Shown: one piece after another, positions 10,849 to 23,850 of the stretch | Layout of the letters: every line of letters starts with the position of its first letter | Numbering within the stretch: the stretch's first letter is position 1 | NCBI GenBank assembly: GCA_030704615.1 | Contig: CM060733.1 | Span: forward strand, 69,750,001-69,814,000 | DNA length: 64,000 nt | Reading direction: 5' to 3' | Source of the DNA: Takakia lepidozioides | Lineage: Eukaryota > Plantae > Bryophyta | Program-made: the position numbers and the translations under genes | Notes under the pieces: model-generated | Databases searched by the model: none | What the model saw: only the letters and a program-made list of their open reading frames with translations | What the model was told of the DNA's origin: nothing

Positions 10849-13800
10849 ATGACGGGAAACTGGCAGCGGCGCAACCAGAGGATGGGTGGGTTGGGGATTT
10901 TGGTTCTGGCTATCGTCATGGCGCTGCCAGCATGGGGCCGATTTGTAGTAGAAAAGAACAGCTTGAGTGTGACATCTCCAGAATCACTTAAGGGAAATCG
11001 TGACAGTGCAATTGGCAACTTCGGCATCCCGCAATATGGCGGCACCCTGGCGGGAACAGTTCAATACACGGAGGATCAAGCTTTTGGATGTGATCCATTC
11101 ACCACCACTTTTAAGAGTGCGGGCGGTGGGCGTCCGACTTTTCTTCTTGTTGATCGCGGAGGTATTGCTTACCTAAGGCTTGGCATCGAGTTTCTTGAAC
11201 CATTTTGCTTAAACTGTCTGGTGGTGATTTCCACCTAGTATATTCTCTGAAACACATATTCTTTGCTCATAAGCCATCCATTGGAGGGTGTGCCTCTCTT
11301 ATCGTTGCACGTGGTGGAATCTCATGTTTAATTTGAGGAGTCAGAATCCAGTGATGTGAGACTTTCTGATCCGATCTGTTGGGCCTCTACAATTTTTTTA
11401 TTAAGCCAATCGGACTTCGCCTGAGAGAGGAAGCTCAGGGACCCACACCTCTGCATTTACCTTATGAATTCAGATGTGCAGTATCCATAGCTAGGGCCAC
11501 ATCTGTGGTTTGCAGTGAAATTGAAATTTTGTGTTGTGTTTTGCAGTGTGTTATTTTGCAAAGAAGGTTTGGAACGCCCAAAACGCAGGTGCAGCTGCCG
11601 TGCTGGTGGCAGATGACAAGATAGAGCCTTTACTTACCATGGACTCCCCCGAGGATGACTCCACATCAGCAGAATACCTGCAGAATATCACCATCCCTTC
11701 AGCTCTGATTGAGAAGAAATTTGCTGATGAGCTGAAAAAGGCTCTCTCAGGTTCGGAGATGGTGAACATTAACCTAGATTGGAGGGAATCGTTACCACAC
11801 CCTGATGAGCGTGTTGAATATGAGTTTTGGACCAACAGCAATGATGAATGTGGACCCAAATGTGAGGCTCAAGTTGAGTTTGTCAGGAGTTTTAAGGGTG
11901 TTGCTCAGATTTTGGAGCATGGGGGGTACACACTTTTCACCCCCCATTATATTACGTGGTATTGCCCTCAGGCCTTCATCAACAGCAAGCAGTGTAAATC
12001 ACAGTGCATCAATCATGGGCGCTACTGTGCCCCTGACCCGGAACAAGATTTCACCACGGGTTATGATGGGAAGGATGTAGTGGGCGAGAATTTGAGGCAG
12101 CTCTGTGTGTTCAAGGTGGCCACGGAGAAGAAAAAACCCTGGATCTGGTGGGACTATGTCACTGACTTCCAGATCCGGTGTCCCATGAAGGAAAAGAAGT
12201 ACGGCAAGGAGTGCGCGGAAGAAGTCATTAAATCTTTGTGTAACTTCCTTTCCTCCTAACTAGAACATGTGTTTGGTTTTTGTGTGGACAAGGGGTTCCT
12301 GCATGAGAGAGAGGGCATGGAGTTGAGATAGGACATAGCTGGAAGGGGCATAGGGGGCTCTAAACCTCTGGAGCCATTTGTGGGGTTTCAACCCAGGAGG
12401 GCATGTGCAACAAGCTGGTTACAGAGAAGTCACTGCTTTTTCTACAGGTCCTTAAAGAGGTTGTTGGTTCCATCACCGCTGGTGGTAGTCTGGGTTGTGT
12501 CACAAATGTGGAACTGTTAGGCACAGACTGTCTAGGAAAGGGCATGCCTTGAGGAGTACTGCCCTCGGGATATGAATCCTTCTGGGTTGTGGGGTCTCTG
12601 CCCACCAGGGTACATGAGACTGAGCTCGAGGTTGCTATGGGAACCTGGGACAGTTGACAGCAGTTCGTTTACAGAGATGTGTGCCGATTTATTGGCTAGC
12701 ATTTGAAATCATACTCTTGGTTAGGCTTACTTGAAGGATTTTAGGGAAGATGGGAGGCTGCCCGAGAAGTTGCATTTAATGAAGGTATTGGAAGTACATT
12801 GGACTATAATTTGTAGGCTTTTATTTGAGAGCAAGTAACCAGTTATTTACCTGCTATTCATTGCAGCTTTGGATGTCAACGATGTTCGCACATGTATGGG
12901 AAATCCCGATACAGACGAAGAACATCATATTCTGAAAGGAGAGCAAGATGCACAGGTTGGTCTGAAGATTATCGTTGGCAGTTGGAAATTTGTGAATGGT
13001 GTTGTGTCCCCGACCTCTGTTGGATCCGGAATGTAGAAGTCGTTGTCAATGGTAGCTAAAGATGATAATTGTTGAAAGTTGGGAAGGTCTCTAGGTTTGC
13101 AGCAGCAGGGTATGGAAAGTTGAGTGTTACTTCAATCACTTTCACATCTCGGAGCTAATGGCTAAGTGGGTCTGCAACAGGTTGGATCAGGCTCACGTGG
13201 TGATGTCACCATTCTCCCAACGCTCATCATTAACAACAGGCAGTTCCGAGGTGGGTGGTGGGTTTTTCACAGACGTCCCACTCGATTAGGGTAACAAAAA
13301 TGGAATGAAGTTGCGGCCCTCAAGCAGTGGCTGTAAGGTGGCCTTAATGGTTGGTAGATTATTATGCATAATAATCCGTAGCTTAGTAGGAACATCTTCC
13401 CACTGCTTGCTCATAAATTTCATTTCCAACTTCTAGGCTGTTGTCAATCTCTATTTGGCTGTTCAATTTTATTCAAAACTGCAGTGCAAAGGCTGGCTGC
13501 CTCCGAAGCATGAGCTGGGACTCTATGCCTACCATACTGAACGAGTTGAGAGGCATTGACTCACTGCAGAGCTGCTAGGATAGAATAGCTGCATGGGGAA
13601 AAAAAATGAAACCTAAGCACACCCTGGCAATGTGTCTATCCCTTGTCGCAGGGAAGCTAGACAAGGGAGCAGTGCTGAAGGCAATTTGTTCTGGATATAA
13701 GGAGACCACAGAGCCTTCAGTTTGTCTGAGTGAAGGTAATGGTTCCCATTTCAAACATTTCAATCTAGGATACTTCATGGTTGACACTAGGAAGATGCCT

Positions 13801-16800
13801 TTGACTTTGACACGAGTTTATTTCCTCGAGGTCATTTGAGCCTTCTGCAAAGTAACAGTGCCTTACAGCTGAGAGTGCTATGCCAATTGATAAGAATAAT
13901 TTTCCTCTCCAATGTTTGTTTACCTGCCCAGGTCATGTTTGATTGCCTCTAACTTTGATTTGTGAGCATCCCAGCTCTCTCTCTTTCTGTTTCAATCTTG
14001 GTTGAAGAGACTGCTTGTCACCTTCACGCAGAGTTTGTTAGTGTCAATCTAGGAGAATGTAATGAGTACAAAAGTAACTTGTAGCCCATGAAATACAGCC
14101 ACTTGGGGCCACTCAAGTGACAATGCAGTAGCAGAAAAAATAGTTGACCCACTGGAGTTTCACTTGAATGCACCTGTATATCTAAGGCCATAATGACTAT
14201 TGAGGTTAACATAAGCTCTGAGACACTACATCATGGCACAGATTGCGATAACCCTTATATGATGATTTAGCCCAATCTAAAAGTGTTTTGATTGTAGGAG
14301 TGGAGACAAATGAATGTCTGGACAACAACGGAGGTTGCTGGCAGAACGAAAAAACCAATATTACTGCCTGCTTGGTATAGTCCTCCTCTAGTCTGCATTG
14401 TGCGCCCTAAGTTTTAATGAATTCCAGCTCAGCTCTTGTGTGGATGTTTGTAGTGGCTTTGAACTATCTGAATGTAAAATGCTGCCACAATTCCTGTTGC
14501 ATCTGCAGTTGTAAATTGTCTTGTTGCTTCTCTGCACAGGACACTTTCCGCGGCCGTGTCTGTCAATGTCCTCTCGTTCAAGGTGTGCAGCTCGAGGGAG
14601 ATGGTTATACTAGTTGTGAAGGTGTGTCTCTCTATCCCTCTCTAACTCTTTGTTCCAAAACAGCCAATGTGGCTGTTCGGGGTGAGTTTGGCATTCCGTC
14701 CTTAAGCTCCCGACGAGATGAATTCAAGGTCAGATGGTGGGGTCAGCTGCAACATATGTCCAACACCAGATATCCTAAGTTAATCGACTCTATATCTTGG
14801 AAACAGGACTGCCCTGTCAAACAGGCTAAGTCCTGGCAGAAGAGAGTAGAAGAGATTCTCAAGGACCTGGACCCTGCTGGATAAATCTGACTTAGAGGCT
14901 GTAGTGTCCAAAGCCATGTCTGTTGCCATGAGATTGTCTGATGAAAATGAAGTCAGGCAGAAAACTTCCCTGAACTTGTTTCCAGTCAGTGACATGGGGG
15001 AGGACATCTTGGATGACCTCAAGGGTCTACCCACTCTCGGCACTAGACTGAAATTTAAACTCAGGGCAGGAAGCTTACCTTTGAACAGCAAACAGAAGCA
15101 GAGAGGAAAGGGAGAGTGCAATTGCCCGTTGTGTGGGCAATCTGAAGACAGTACTCATTTTCTGATACACTGTCCGGGGTTCTCTCACCAAAGAGACGCT
15201 CTCTTCAAATCTATCAAGGGAATTGTGCCTGTACCTCTGTTTACCAACTTTGAAAGTCTCGAGGCTGAGCCAAAAGCCCAGCAAATCACACACAGCAGAT
15301 TGATGCTTGTGTGAAGGGATTTCTAGAGGATATCTGGAAAACCCGGATTAATTCTATATATGAAGGTAAGTCTTACTACCAACGTCAGCCCCTGACAGAG
15401 GTAGGTTCTGTCCCTTTTGTTTCCGCTCAAACTGGGCGCGGGGTCAATGGCCACAAGGCTACGGCAAACAACGTCTAATGAGTACAATCTAACTCTTTGT
15501 TCTGCCAAAACTGGGCTCGGGGTCTAGGGCCACAAGGCTACGGCAAACAATGTCTCATGAGTACATTCTAGTTTTTAGGTTTCTTGATTTCTTTTCATCC
15601 TCTTGATTTTCAGGTCTGTTTGTACTTCTGAACCTGTTGTTACTGTCGTTAACTGGTGTTCAGCCCATAACAATCAGCTCACACTGTTTGCTTCTGAAGT
15701 ACACAATCAGATCTTCTTGTTATGCGACAGATTTTGGGTGGTAGCTTACTACCTTCATGCCATCTTCAATCCGCAATGGTGCTCTTCCATGCAGTGCCTC
15801 ATGTGTATGGAAATGTTAAGAACTGTTTTAAAATCTACAAGCTATGTAGCTTCTACCTAGTTGAAGTGCTGGCAGGCTGATTCTTCATGCTGACAGTAGC
15901 TTAGCTTTCTGCAAGCGTCCTGTCACAAGGCTTTTGGCAGTTGCTGCATTGGTGTTACCAAAATATGACCTTAATGAGTAGAGATGCTGTGGTAGGGTAT
16001 TGGGTTTTGACTATGGTAATTGCATGCAAACAGCTTCAGGATCGGGCCGGTGCAAGATCGACAATGGCGGTTGCTGGCAAGAAACTCGCTTGGGCTTGGT
16101 GTCCTCCGCCTGCTTGGTATTTTGCGATCATTTTGTATGTATTGTCAGCAGTAACTGTGGCATGTTTCCTCTTATAAAAACATGATTTGGTTGGTGGCAT
16201 GTTCTTATTTTTTGTAATGTTTTTGTAACATTATTGCTGAGTGGATGTTTGATAACTTCATGCAGGATACACTGATCAAAGGGTGCCGTTGTCCAGAGGG
16301 TTTTACGGGCGATGGCATCTCTGAATGTCTTGGTATGTTTGACCCCTTGTGTTGATAGGCATTTCAGTGGAGTCCTGAGTAACACTTGAGCAAGAGCCCT
16401 GATTTGAGCTCTGTTAATCAAGTGGTCAATATTGCTTGATAAGCACCAACTGTTGATACTTTGCATCAATCAAGGTTGGAGTTGGCATTTGCCTTTCCTG
16501 TGGATTTGACTCTCTATTTAATGATAGGCTATACAGGAACAGCTAGTAAGGGCCTATACTAGTGCATGGCAACTATGCTAGTATAGGCCTATTGCAACCA
16601 TGGTGCATAGTCCCCCTAAGGTTGCCAAGTCATTCTTGGGGAAGTTATCAATTAGATGATAATGAGAGAAGCTACAGACAGCTTCATCTGGTTGTCCCCT
16701 TTCCGATAAGAGTTCATTGTCAAGTCTTGATGTGTAGCTTTGTGGGTTCCTCAAAAAGTCTCTTACATTTGCCTGGTTGTCTGCCTTGTTGATCAATTAC

Positions 16801-18132
16801 AATATCCATTGTGATTGCATATCCATATCATTTGACGTGCAAATAACTACTCCTTTGTGAAGTTGGTGTGGGAAGTTATAACAGGTGGTCACTGTTGTAC
16901 ATGATATAGTTGAACTGTTTCAATCTCTTAGGTTGACTCTCTAAGTTATGAGACAGCATTCTTTCCGGTTTCCTTCCTCCTTTTATTGTTTCTTCTATGT
17001 TTCTTACCTTGATTTGTTTTCCTCGAGCGTTTGTGTTCATCTTCAAAAGCTTTTCTTTCCCTTGGATGTAACTTTTTCATTTCATCTCTGGTTACCTCAA
17101 TGTTAATTCGGAGTTTACGAGGTCTCATGCTGATATATTCTCCTTTGTGCAGATATTGATGAGTGCAAAATGAAAACGAAGTGTCAGTGTCCCGAATGCA
17201 CCTGCAAAAATACGTGGGGCAGTTATGATTGCCAATGCTCAGGCGGCCTTCTCTATATCCATGAACATGACACGTGCATCAGTAAGTCCTCATCCCCTTC
17301 GCTTTGGTTGTGCTATTTGGGGCTTGTTTGAGAATAATGGGCTTAAGCTATTGCTCGCAGGGGCTCAATGTCCTGTGAAATGGGCTTTCTGGGCTATGAG
17401 CAGACAGGCAACCTGCTTTAGAGGGACCAACAATCATTATCTTCTGCTAGTGGGTTTCCTGGCCACAAATGTGATCGATTAGGACAAGTAGGATCTCAGG
17501 ATCTTGCTGCTGCTGGCTAAGCCCTCCTTCCCTGTGCTAGAAAATTTGTCTAACAATCATGTACAATTTTCTCCAATTAGTTGAGCTTAGTTGGACATAT
17601 TCTTTAGGAGTACTAATCATCTTTTGTATGTTGTTTGCCCTTTCTGCAGGCAAGAAGAGTTCACAGTCAAGGGTTGGGTGGACTGTGTCACTCATTGTGC
17701 TTGCCGGCATAGCTGTGGTTGGAGTTGGTGCCTACATAGTCTACAAGTACAGGCTCCGGGTATGTATGAAGGCTGGCTGATTGTGGTTTTATATGTGGTC
17801 AATGTGTAGTTCTCATGGAGACCTGGTCTGTTTTCACAGCTCACTGCCTGTCTGCACCTGTGGAAATGGCTTCACCAGGTTGAATGCAGAAGCATTGAAA
17901 TTGTTGACCACATAACTGAGAAAGGATAGCAAATGTGGGAGGTAAAGGCTTGTGTCCTCCTAGAATTGCACTGTTGGTACTTATTGTGGTCAGCCTTTCT
18001 AATGGACACTGATACTTTTGATGATTGGGGTGGCAGTCATACATGGATTCAGAGATAAGGGCAATCATGGCACAATACATGCCCTTGGATAGTCAGAACG
18101 AGGTCACTCAGCACTTGCAGGAAGATATTTAA
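10849..18132 (+). CDS. VSR: Vacuolar sorting receptor (BP-80 family), 12 exons: 10849-11161, 11547-12239, 12867-12955, 13181-13250, 13652-13735, 14298-14374, 14540-14621, 16034-16116, 16266-16332, 17153-17281, 17650-17759, 18037-18132 (alternative ATG at 10882)
   Basis: Signal peptide then RFVVEKNSL; PA domain ([17 protein letters not shown]); YCAPDPEQD; three EGF repeats; TM helix; cytosolic [17 protein letters not shown]; all introns GT-AG with consistent phase. Confidence 0.97.
14656..15487 (+). mobile_element. 5'-truncated non-LTR retrotransposon (LINE 3' end) in VSR intron 7, flanked by a 15-bp direct repeat (probable TSD)
   Basis: [10 protein letters not shown] and [10 protein letters not shown]...[18 protein letters not shown] (C-terminal zinc domain); TCTAACTCTTTGTTC at 14641-14655 and 15488-15502. 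Confidence 0.85.
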
Positions 18133-19329
18133 TTGCAGGTGTGCCCTTTGCTTGCTTTTGCTTGTGTGAAGAGATACGGATGCTCACAGCTGCATATTTC
18201 ACAGGAAGATTGTAAATGGGAAAGAGGGGAAGGGAGGGGTGGGGGGTGGGGGGGGGGGCCTTGTTGTCTGAAGGGATATGTAACAAAAGTATTTCTTACT
18301 GGCAGTGAAAAGGTACTGATGTCCCACTGTTGGTAGGCCCGGTGCACCGGAGGCGATTAAAGACGACGTTTGTTCTTCAGCAAATGATTTCTAGGTTGAG
18401 TCGGGGTGTATGCTGGTTGATTGAGTTGCCACTTTTGCCTATGGCGTAACAATGCGTGTTCTACTGAAACCCTCTCTAGGCTTCAAGGAGGTTGGTTGGT
18501 GCCTCTAGTGTGTAGGGACTACTCTTTGGGGTCCTTGCATGGTGAAGGATCTCAGCCGACTGTACGTTCATTGTCTTCTTAGTATCCCTTTGTTGGGAAT
18601 GGTTCAAGCATAGTGCTCATTGTAGAATCCATGTGTACATTCGAGAGGGGTTGGGGTTGGGGTGGGAAAAAGAGCAGGGGGTTATGTTGGGGGACTCCAT
18701 GTGGCATATGCCAAAAGGCAAGCTCTGTTGGGTCTCTTTTCTAATGACTTTACAGTACGTCCACACCTCTTTTGAATAAAACAGAAACCACTGAATTATC
18801 AGCCTTTGTCCATAGTATCACTGTGTTCCTCACTTTAGAAGGGACCTTAGAGTTAGGCCTCCTCGCAGCTTAGCCACAGTGGTGTGTGCTTGTACAGTTC
18901 AGAGTGGAAAGGGGCAAGTGGTAGAAATGGACCCACTCGGGGAAATCTGGGCATCTCTAGATCATTTTTTTTTCTGTAACTCAAATCAGGGAAACTGATA
19001 AGTTAATGTTCTGAATGTGATGTAAGTTTGACAGGAAATTCTCATTGGGTTTATCTGTGTAGGCAGAACATCCTGAGTGTGTGCTCTGGCCGGTACCCCG
19101 AGTTTCTATGTGCCTGTCCCTGTGTGGTTTTGGGTCTTATTACCCATCTGTCTTTGGTACCCATGTGTGGTTGTGCGACCTCATGCCGATTTTCTAGGAC
19201 ACTGGTGGGGCTTTAGTTTTGCAAAATTACAGGCATGGGCATGGATGCTGTTTGAAAAGACTCTTTTCTATGCCATATGTGCCAGTGTCACACTAGTGTT
19301 AGCTGTTGGTGCCACAAAGAAGAGTAGCA

Positions 19330-20400
19330 TTCTGAATGAAGTTGGTGCAATGTGGCAGTCATCACACACCAGGAGATTCTTGCTAATCAGCGACTGTGCT
19401 GGTTAGCCCAAAAACTATGGCAGAAGAATTCCTGTAGCTCCTCCTGAATTGCATCATGGTAGACGCAGCAGTGTGTCAGGCACATACCCTTCCTCCATCG
19501 TCTGCCGAGAGAGTCTCCTCGATTTGGCGTGGGTCACCGTGCAATTTATCTTTGACTACTAAACGCATGTTCACCTGTTGCGGACCTCGATGCAGCTGTT
19601 TCCTGCATCTACATACTCTATGCTCCCTCATCTTTCTCACCTTTGCCATGAGTATTTGATAGCAGCACTATTGATGCAGGATCCTGTGGATCCAACTCGC
19701 GTTAGCATGGATTCTGCAGGCACCAAGCAAGGCTTCTCAATGCAACAATATCCGGTTCAGATGGTTTTTTCTCAAGTTCTGTGCGTCTCGCAGACACCCT
19801 GCAAGGCCAAGAAGGTCGACCATGCACATGAAATACTCCACTGTAGGTAGTAGCCATGATCTCGGCTCATGGACTCCTAGTGACTGGTGACGACCTTCAG
19901 CCAATAGGCCCGAGTGGCTGCATGCAGCAAGGAGAGATATCAAGATACTTCAGGATATTTTCTGGCTTCAAACCTCCCTGTTCTCATGTGACGTGCATTC
20001 TCATTCAAGTTCTCCCATTCCTTCTCTTCATTTGGGACATACTGTCAACAAGGGCATTCTCCAAGTTGGGAATTCCCTTGTTATGGATCCACTTAGCCGC
20101 TGCTAGCCTTGCACACGCATTGAGCCAATCAATACGATCATATGTATAACCCGTCCCGTTACTTGCCTATAGATTTTGAAAGTCTCTTCACCTCGAGTCC
20201 CATGCGACGACATCCAATGGCGTACATGTCAACAAGGGAATTCTTCTTCACAATATCTGGCAGCAATCCCACTTTGTTCTTGCCTTTTATCAGGGCTCCT
20301 AGACTGGCATACGCCTTGAGAAGAGTAGTGTTATTGCATTCACCCATACATTTTGCGGGCCTCTTCAACAGGGCCAAACCGGCATCTCCATTCCATCGTC
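19330..20400 (-). pseudogene. Degenerate PLS-class PPR protein with a DYW-domain remnant
   Basis: NSLVDMYA, CMVDLLGLAGCL (PPR motifs) and KNLLVCDDCH at ~19352-19382 (DYW CxxC); many frameshifts. Confidence 0.8.
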
Positions 20401-20469
20401 CCCCTTCTACCTGAACTGCGCATATTTATGCCAATAACACAGAGTTTAAAGACTTTCGTGAGTTCCTGC

Positions 20470-21130
20470 TGTTGCGGGCTGAATAACAGGTCCATGCATT
20501 GTTGGAGTGGGATCAGTGCCGACGTAGACTAGACCTACGGGCTAAGATAGACTGCGGTCAGTGAAACGGCCTTGACCGCTTCTCTTGACCACTCCATGCA
20601 TGGACAAATAGGATTGCCACTCTCTTGATTGAGTTTCTAGCTTAAGTTCAATCTAGCCTTTGTCTCTGGCATCTGATAGTATATGTAGTCCCACTAATGC
20701 TTGTGTAACACATGCAGTTGTGCACAAAAGCTTGCATGCTCTGGCAGATCAGTAAAAGCTCTCGCTTCCCTGTGTGACAGTGATTCCCGTTAACTCGTGT
20801 TCCAAGTGCTGTAGTATTTTACAATAGGTTATGGACCCACTGTAGTGTTGTCGCTGCATAATTCATGCGTTCGTACGTCTGGTAGCACTCTTGGTTCACT
20901 GTAACTATATTCTCTTTCATCTTTATTTGTGCATCATGAGTACTAGAAATGATCTCAAGGACCTTGGTAACATAGACAAGTTCTCAGGAGATAACTTCCA
21001 ACTTTGGAAGTTCCAGATGGTAGTTATGTTGAGAGCCAAGAAATTACTCGAGATTGTCAATGGTAATGAGAGAAGAGAGGATGCCGAGGAGCCAGAGGAT
21101 TGGATAGACAGGGACAATGTGGCCATGATG
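20470..21130 (+). mobile_element. Ty1/Copia 5' fragment: putative LTR (~20470-20823), PBS and gag N-terminus
   Basis: TG...CA segment followed by GGTTATGGACCCA (20827-20839, half-tRNA-iMet-type PBS); KFSGDNFQLWKFQM...LLEIVNG is typical of Copia gag. Confidence 0.8.
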
Positions 21131-21480
21131 TTATGCCAAATCGAATTTGAAGATTGAGCAACAGTAAGATTGTTGAAAGTCGACTCACTCTCGTCCCTTC
21201 GTACAAGGGAGTTCTCGCCTCCCTCTCCATGTCATTTGAGGGGGCCATTTCAGAATCATCGATTGGCCGGGTTCCCTCTTCATGGGATGCATCAGCGCCC
21301 ACATGATGCATTAAGAGATCCTCCATGGCTTGCACATCCTCCTAGTTAATTCCATGCTCATTGTTGTTGTCACTGTCACTATCACTGTCATCGTCATCAT
21401 CGTCCGGTACCGTGGGGGCGACGTCTCGCCCACGGCTCCCGCCTGATGTACTTGGGTTGTTTTCGGATGGGGTGCCAAGA
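21130..21480 (-). mobile_element. CACTA (En/Spm) transposase gene fragment
   Basis: EARTPLYEGTRVSRLSTILLLLNLQIRFG resembles the N-terminal block of En/Spm Tnp2 proteins. Confidence 0.65.
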
Positions 21481-22637
21481 GAAAAGACCGGGAAGGGATG
21501 GACAAAGTCCTGATACGAACAAATGAACATATGGACATATATTATAATGTGTCCTTGCAACCATACACTTCATTATAAGCGAAATGCAAACAACAACCTT
21601 CAATGTGTGTGTGCATCAAATATGTCATTCAATAATTACATGTATGTGCGCAACGTACACGCATGCAAAGTTTCAAACCCAAACAAAATCATTTCCCCCC
21701 CCCCCCAATGACGCATTCACCCTATCAACCAATTTTTGTTTATTAATGTGAAATAAAATCCTCTCATGCCATTGCACCCAACAAACGGATGTGGCTCAAG
21801 CTTCATTTTTTCCTACATGTGCTTTAAATTTTTATTTTATTTTTAAAAAAAAAATTGCCTCCCCAATAACGCACTCACCCTTGCACCAATTTTGAATTAA
21901 ATCGAATTTAAGTGAATTTAAAATAAATATTTGCATTTATAAAATATATGATTGGGGTTTTGAGGGGCGTAATGATTTTATTTTTAGCTCTATTTTGTTA
22001 TGTGACATCAAGCTTTGCACCACTACATCCATGCAAAAAAATGGGACAAAAAAAAAATGGAAAAAAAATAAGTGTATTTCTAGGGTCACTTTTGCATAAC
22101 TCTCTATGAAGAGTGCATGATGTTGAAGATAACTCAACTTTGGAGTGCAAATGAGAGAACAAAATCTGGTTATGAATCAACTTGGTCCAAGGCTTATCTG
22201 AACAATATCAGTTCTCATTGACTGTAAATCCCTCTGACCTTAGATCAGATGTACTGAGTACTTCTTTTTTGGCTAACCTTACTTGTGAATATGGAGATAT
22301 GTTGATCCTAGTGCAGTCACAACCTGTGCTCTTTGTAGATTTCAAAGGAAACTGTGACAGAATTTGTTCTAGATTGTCTGGATGAATTTTCAGAAGCATT
22401 TGTTCAGCGACATTGAACTATTGCCGCAGATTCCATAAATCAGTATTGGCCTCATCAGGATTCCAAGCTCTTCAGAAGGGTTGCTCTCGTTGAAAATTGT
22501 AGATATAGCATTGGAGAACATGAGTTGATTGCTGCAGGTGAGGAACACATGCCTAAGCATGTCTTCCCTTGAAGAGAGATGGAAAGGGCTTGGGTGGAGA
22601 CAGAGAACTAAGAATTGCTCTTACTGCATGAGTACAG

Positions 22638-23850
22638 GTCTACCAGCTCCAGCATAGCAAGCAAATGAGCTGCCCAGCAATGGCACAAATGTTATCCAAC
22701 ACCTTATACTACAAGCGCTTCTTCCCCTATTATGCATTTAATGTGCTTGATGGCTTGGATAGCGAAGGTGCACATGCTACGCCCTCTTTGCTTCCCTAAA
22801 TGTTTTCAATATTCTCATCCTGATGAGGCATTGCCATAGGACAGACAAGGAAATGTGACTTTCATGTTTTTGCAGATGATGATGTGGGGCCCTGATGGTT
22901 GACTCACAGGTTTGGTGTGCAAAATTTGGTTTTCACAAAGGCCTGAAACATTCACGGTTTAAGCCAGATCTTCTATGAGAGAGCTCTGGATATTCTACTT
23001 GAAACTGATTTTGTAGGCTGGAAAGTACTGAAGTGGAAATTTCCTCGCAGTGTACAGCAAGAAAATCATATAACAGTTGGGTGTGAAGCCTGTTTCTGAT
23101 TGCAGCTGAGAAAAGTTTGTTGTGGGCAAGCAGGGAAAGGGTATGTGTACACCTATGATGCAGTGGGCTCATTTGAGCGAGCCAGCTACAACTCTCAAGG
23201 TGCAGGCATGTAGCTCAATATGCCAGTCCTTGATAATCAACTCAAGTATGCCAACCCTCTTCTTCTGCCACAAAGGATATGCCTTGAATTAATCATGCAA
23301 ATCACTTGTTAGAAAATATCCGAGGGTCTCGTCATGCACAAGGCAGGTATTGATGTTATCTGTTTCGAAGTCCAATTCTGTGACTTTGCAGGTTATTGCT
23401 GTTGTCTTGCTTTTTCTGGCTTTTTGTAATGTAACAGTTGGCTTATAGTTGACTGTTGCTGCGTTGATAGGGTGGAGTGTAAATCGAAGGATAGAGGTGT
23501 ATGTTGTAGCAGTGGCTGTGCATGTCTTTCCATGTGATTGAATTTACTAAAGACATATGGCCATTTTCCTTTTGATGGCAGCAATCATCGACGTCCTTGA
23601 CAGAGGCAGAAGCAGTTGACGTGATCAAGGACACTTTTGCCTCAGCTGCAGAGCGCAACATCTACATGGTAAGTGATAGTGGAAAGAATGAAATGTTACC
23701 TTTTTAGCTGAACAATAGTTGACATGGTATTTTGTCAGAGTTGTTGGTTGGTTGCCATTTTTGTGTCGTATACAGGGTGATGGTGTGGAAATCGTGGTGG
23801 TGAACAAAGATGGAACTCGGAGAGAAAATATGGAGCTCAAGCGGGACTGA
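22638..23850 (+). pseudogene. PBF1: 20S proteasome beta-6 (beta type-1) subunit pseudogene, 3' exons with introns retained
   Basis: [28 protein letters not shown]; GYVYTYDAVGSFER; FASAAERNIY; GDGVEIVVVNKDG...ELKRD*; in-frame TAG at 23211-23213; 5' exons not found. Confidence 0.9.

Noticed and set aside
10320-11045. 241-aa minus-strand ORF
   Set aside because: Antisense shadow of the VSR 5' region, ending in a poly(A/T) run; no recognisable domain.
15420-15575. Self-cleaving ribozyme in the duplicated LINE terminus
   Set aside because: No hammerhead core (CTGANGA...GAAA) or convincing HDV-like fold could be built by eye.
18218-18258. G-quadruplex-like G-run downstream of the VSR stop
   Set aside because: Simple homopolymer-rich tract with no evidence of function.
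23211-23213. Stop codon repaired by U-to-C RNA editing
   Set aside because: Such editing is organellar; this is an intron-containing nuclear copy that also lacks 5' exons.
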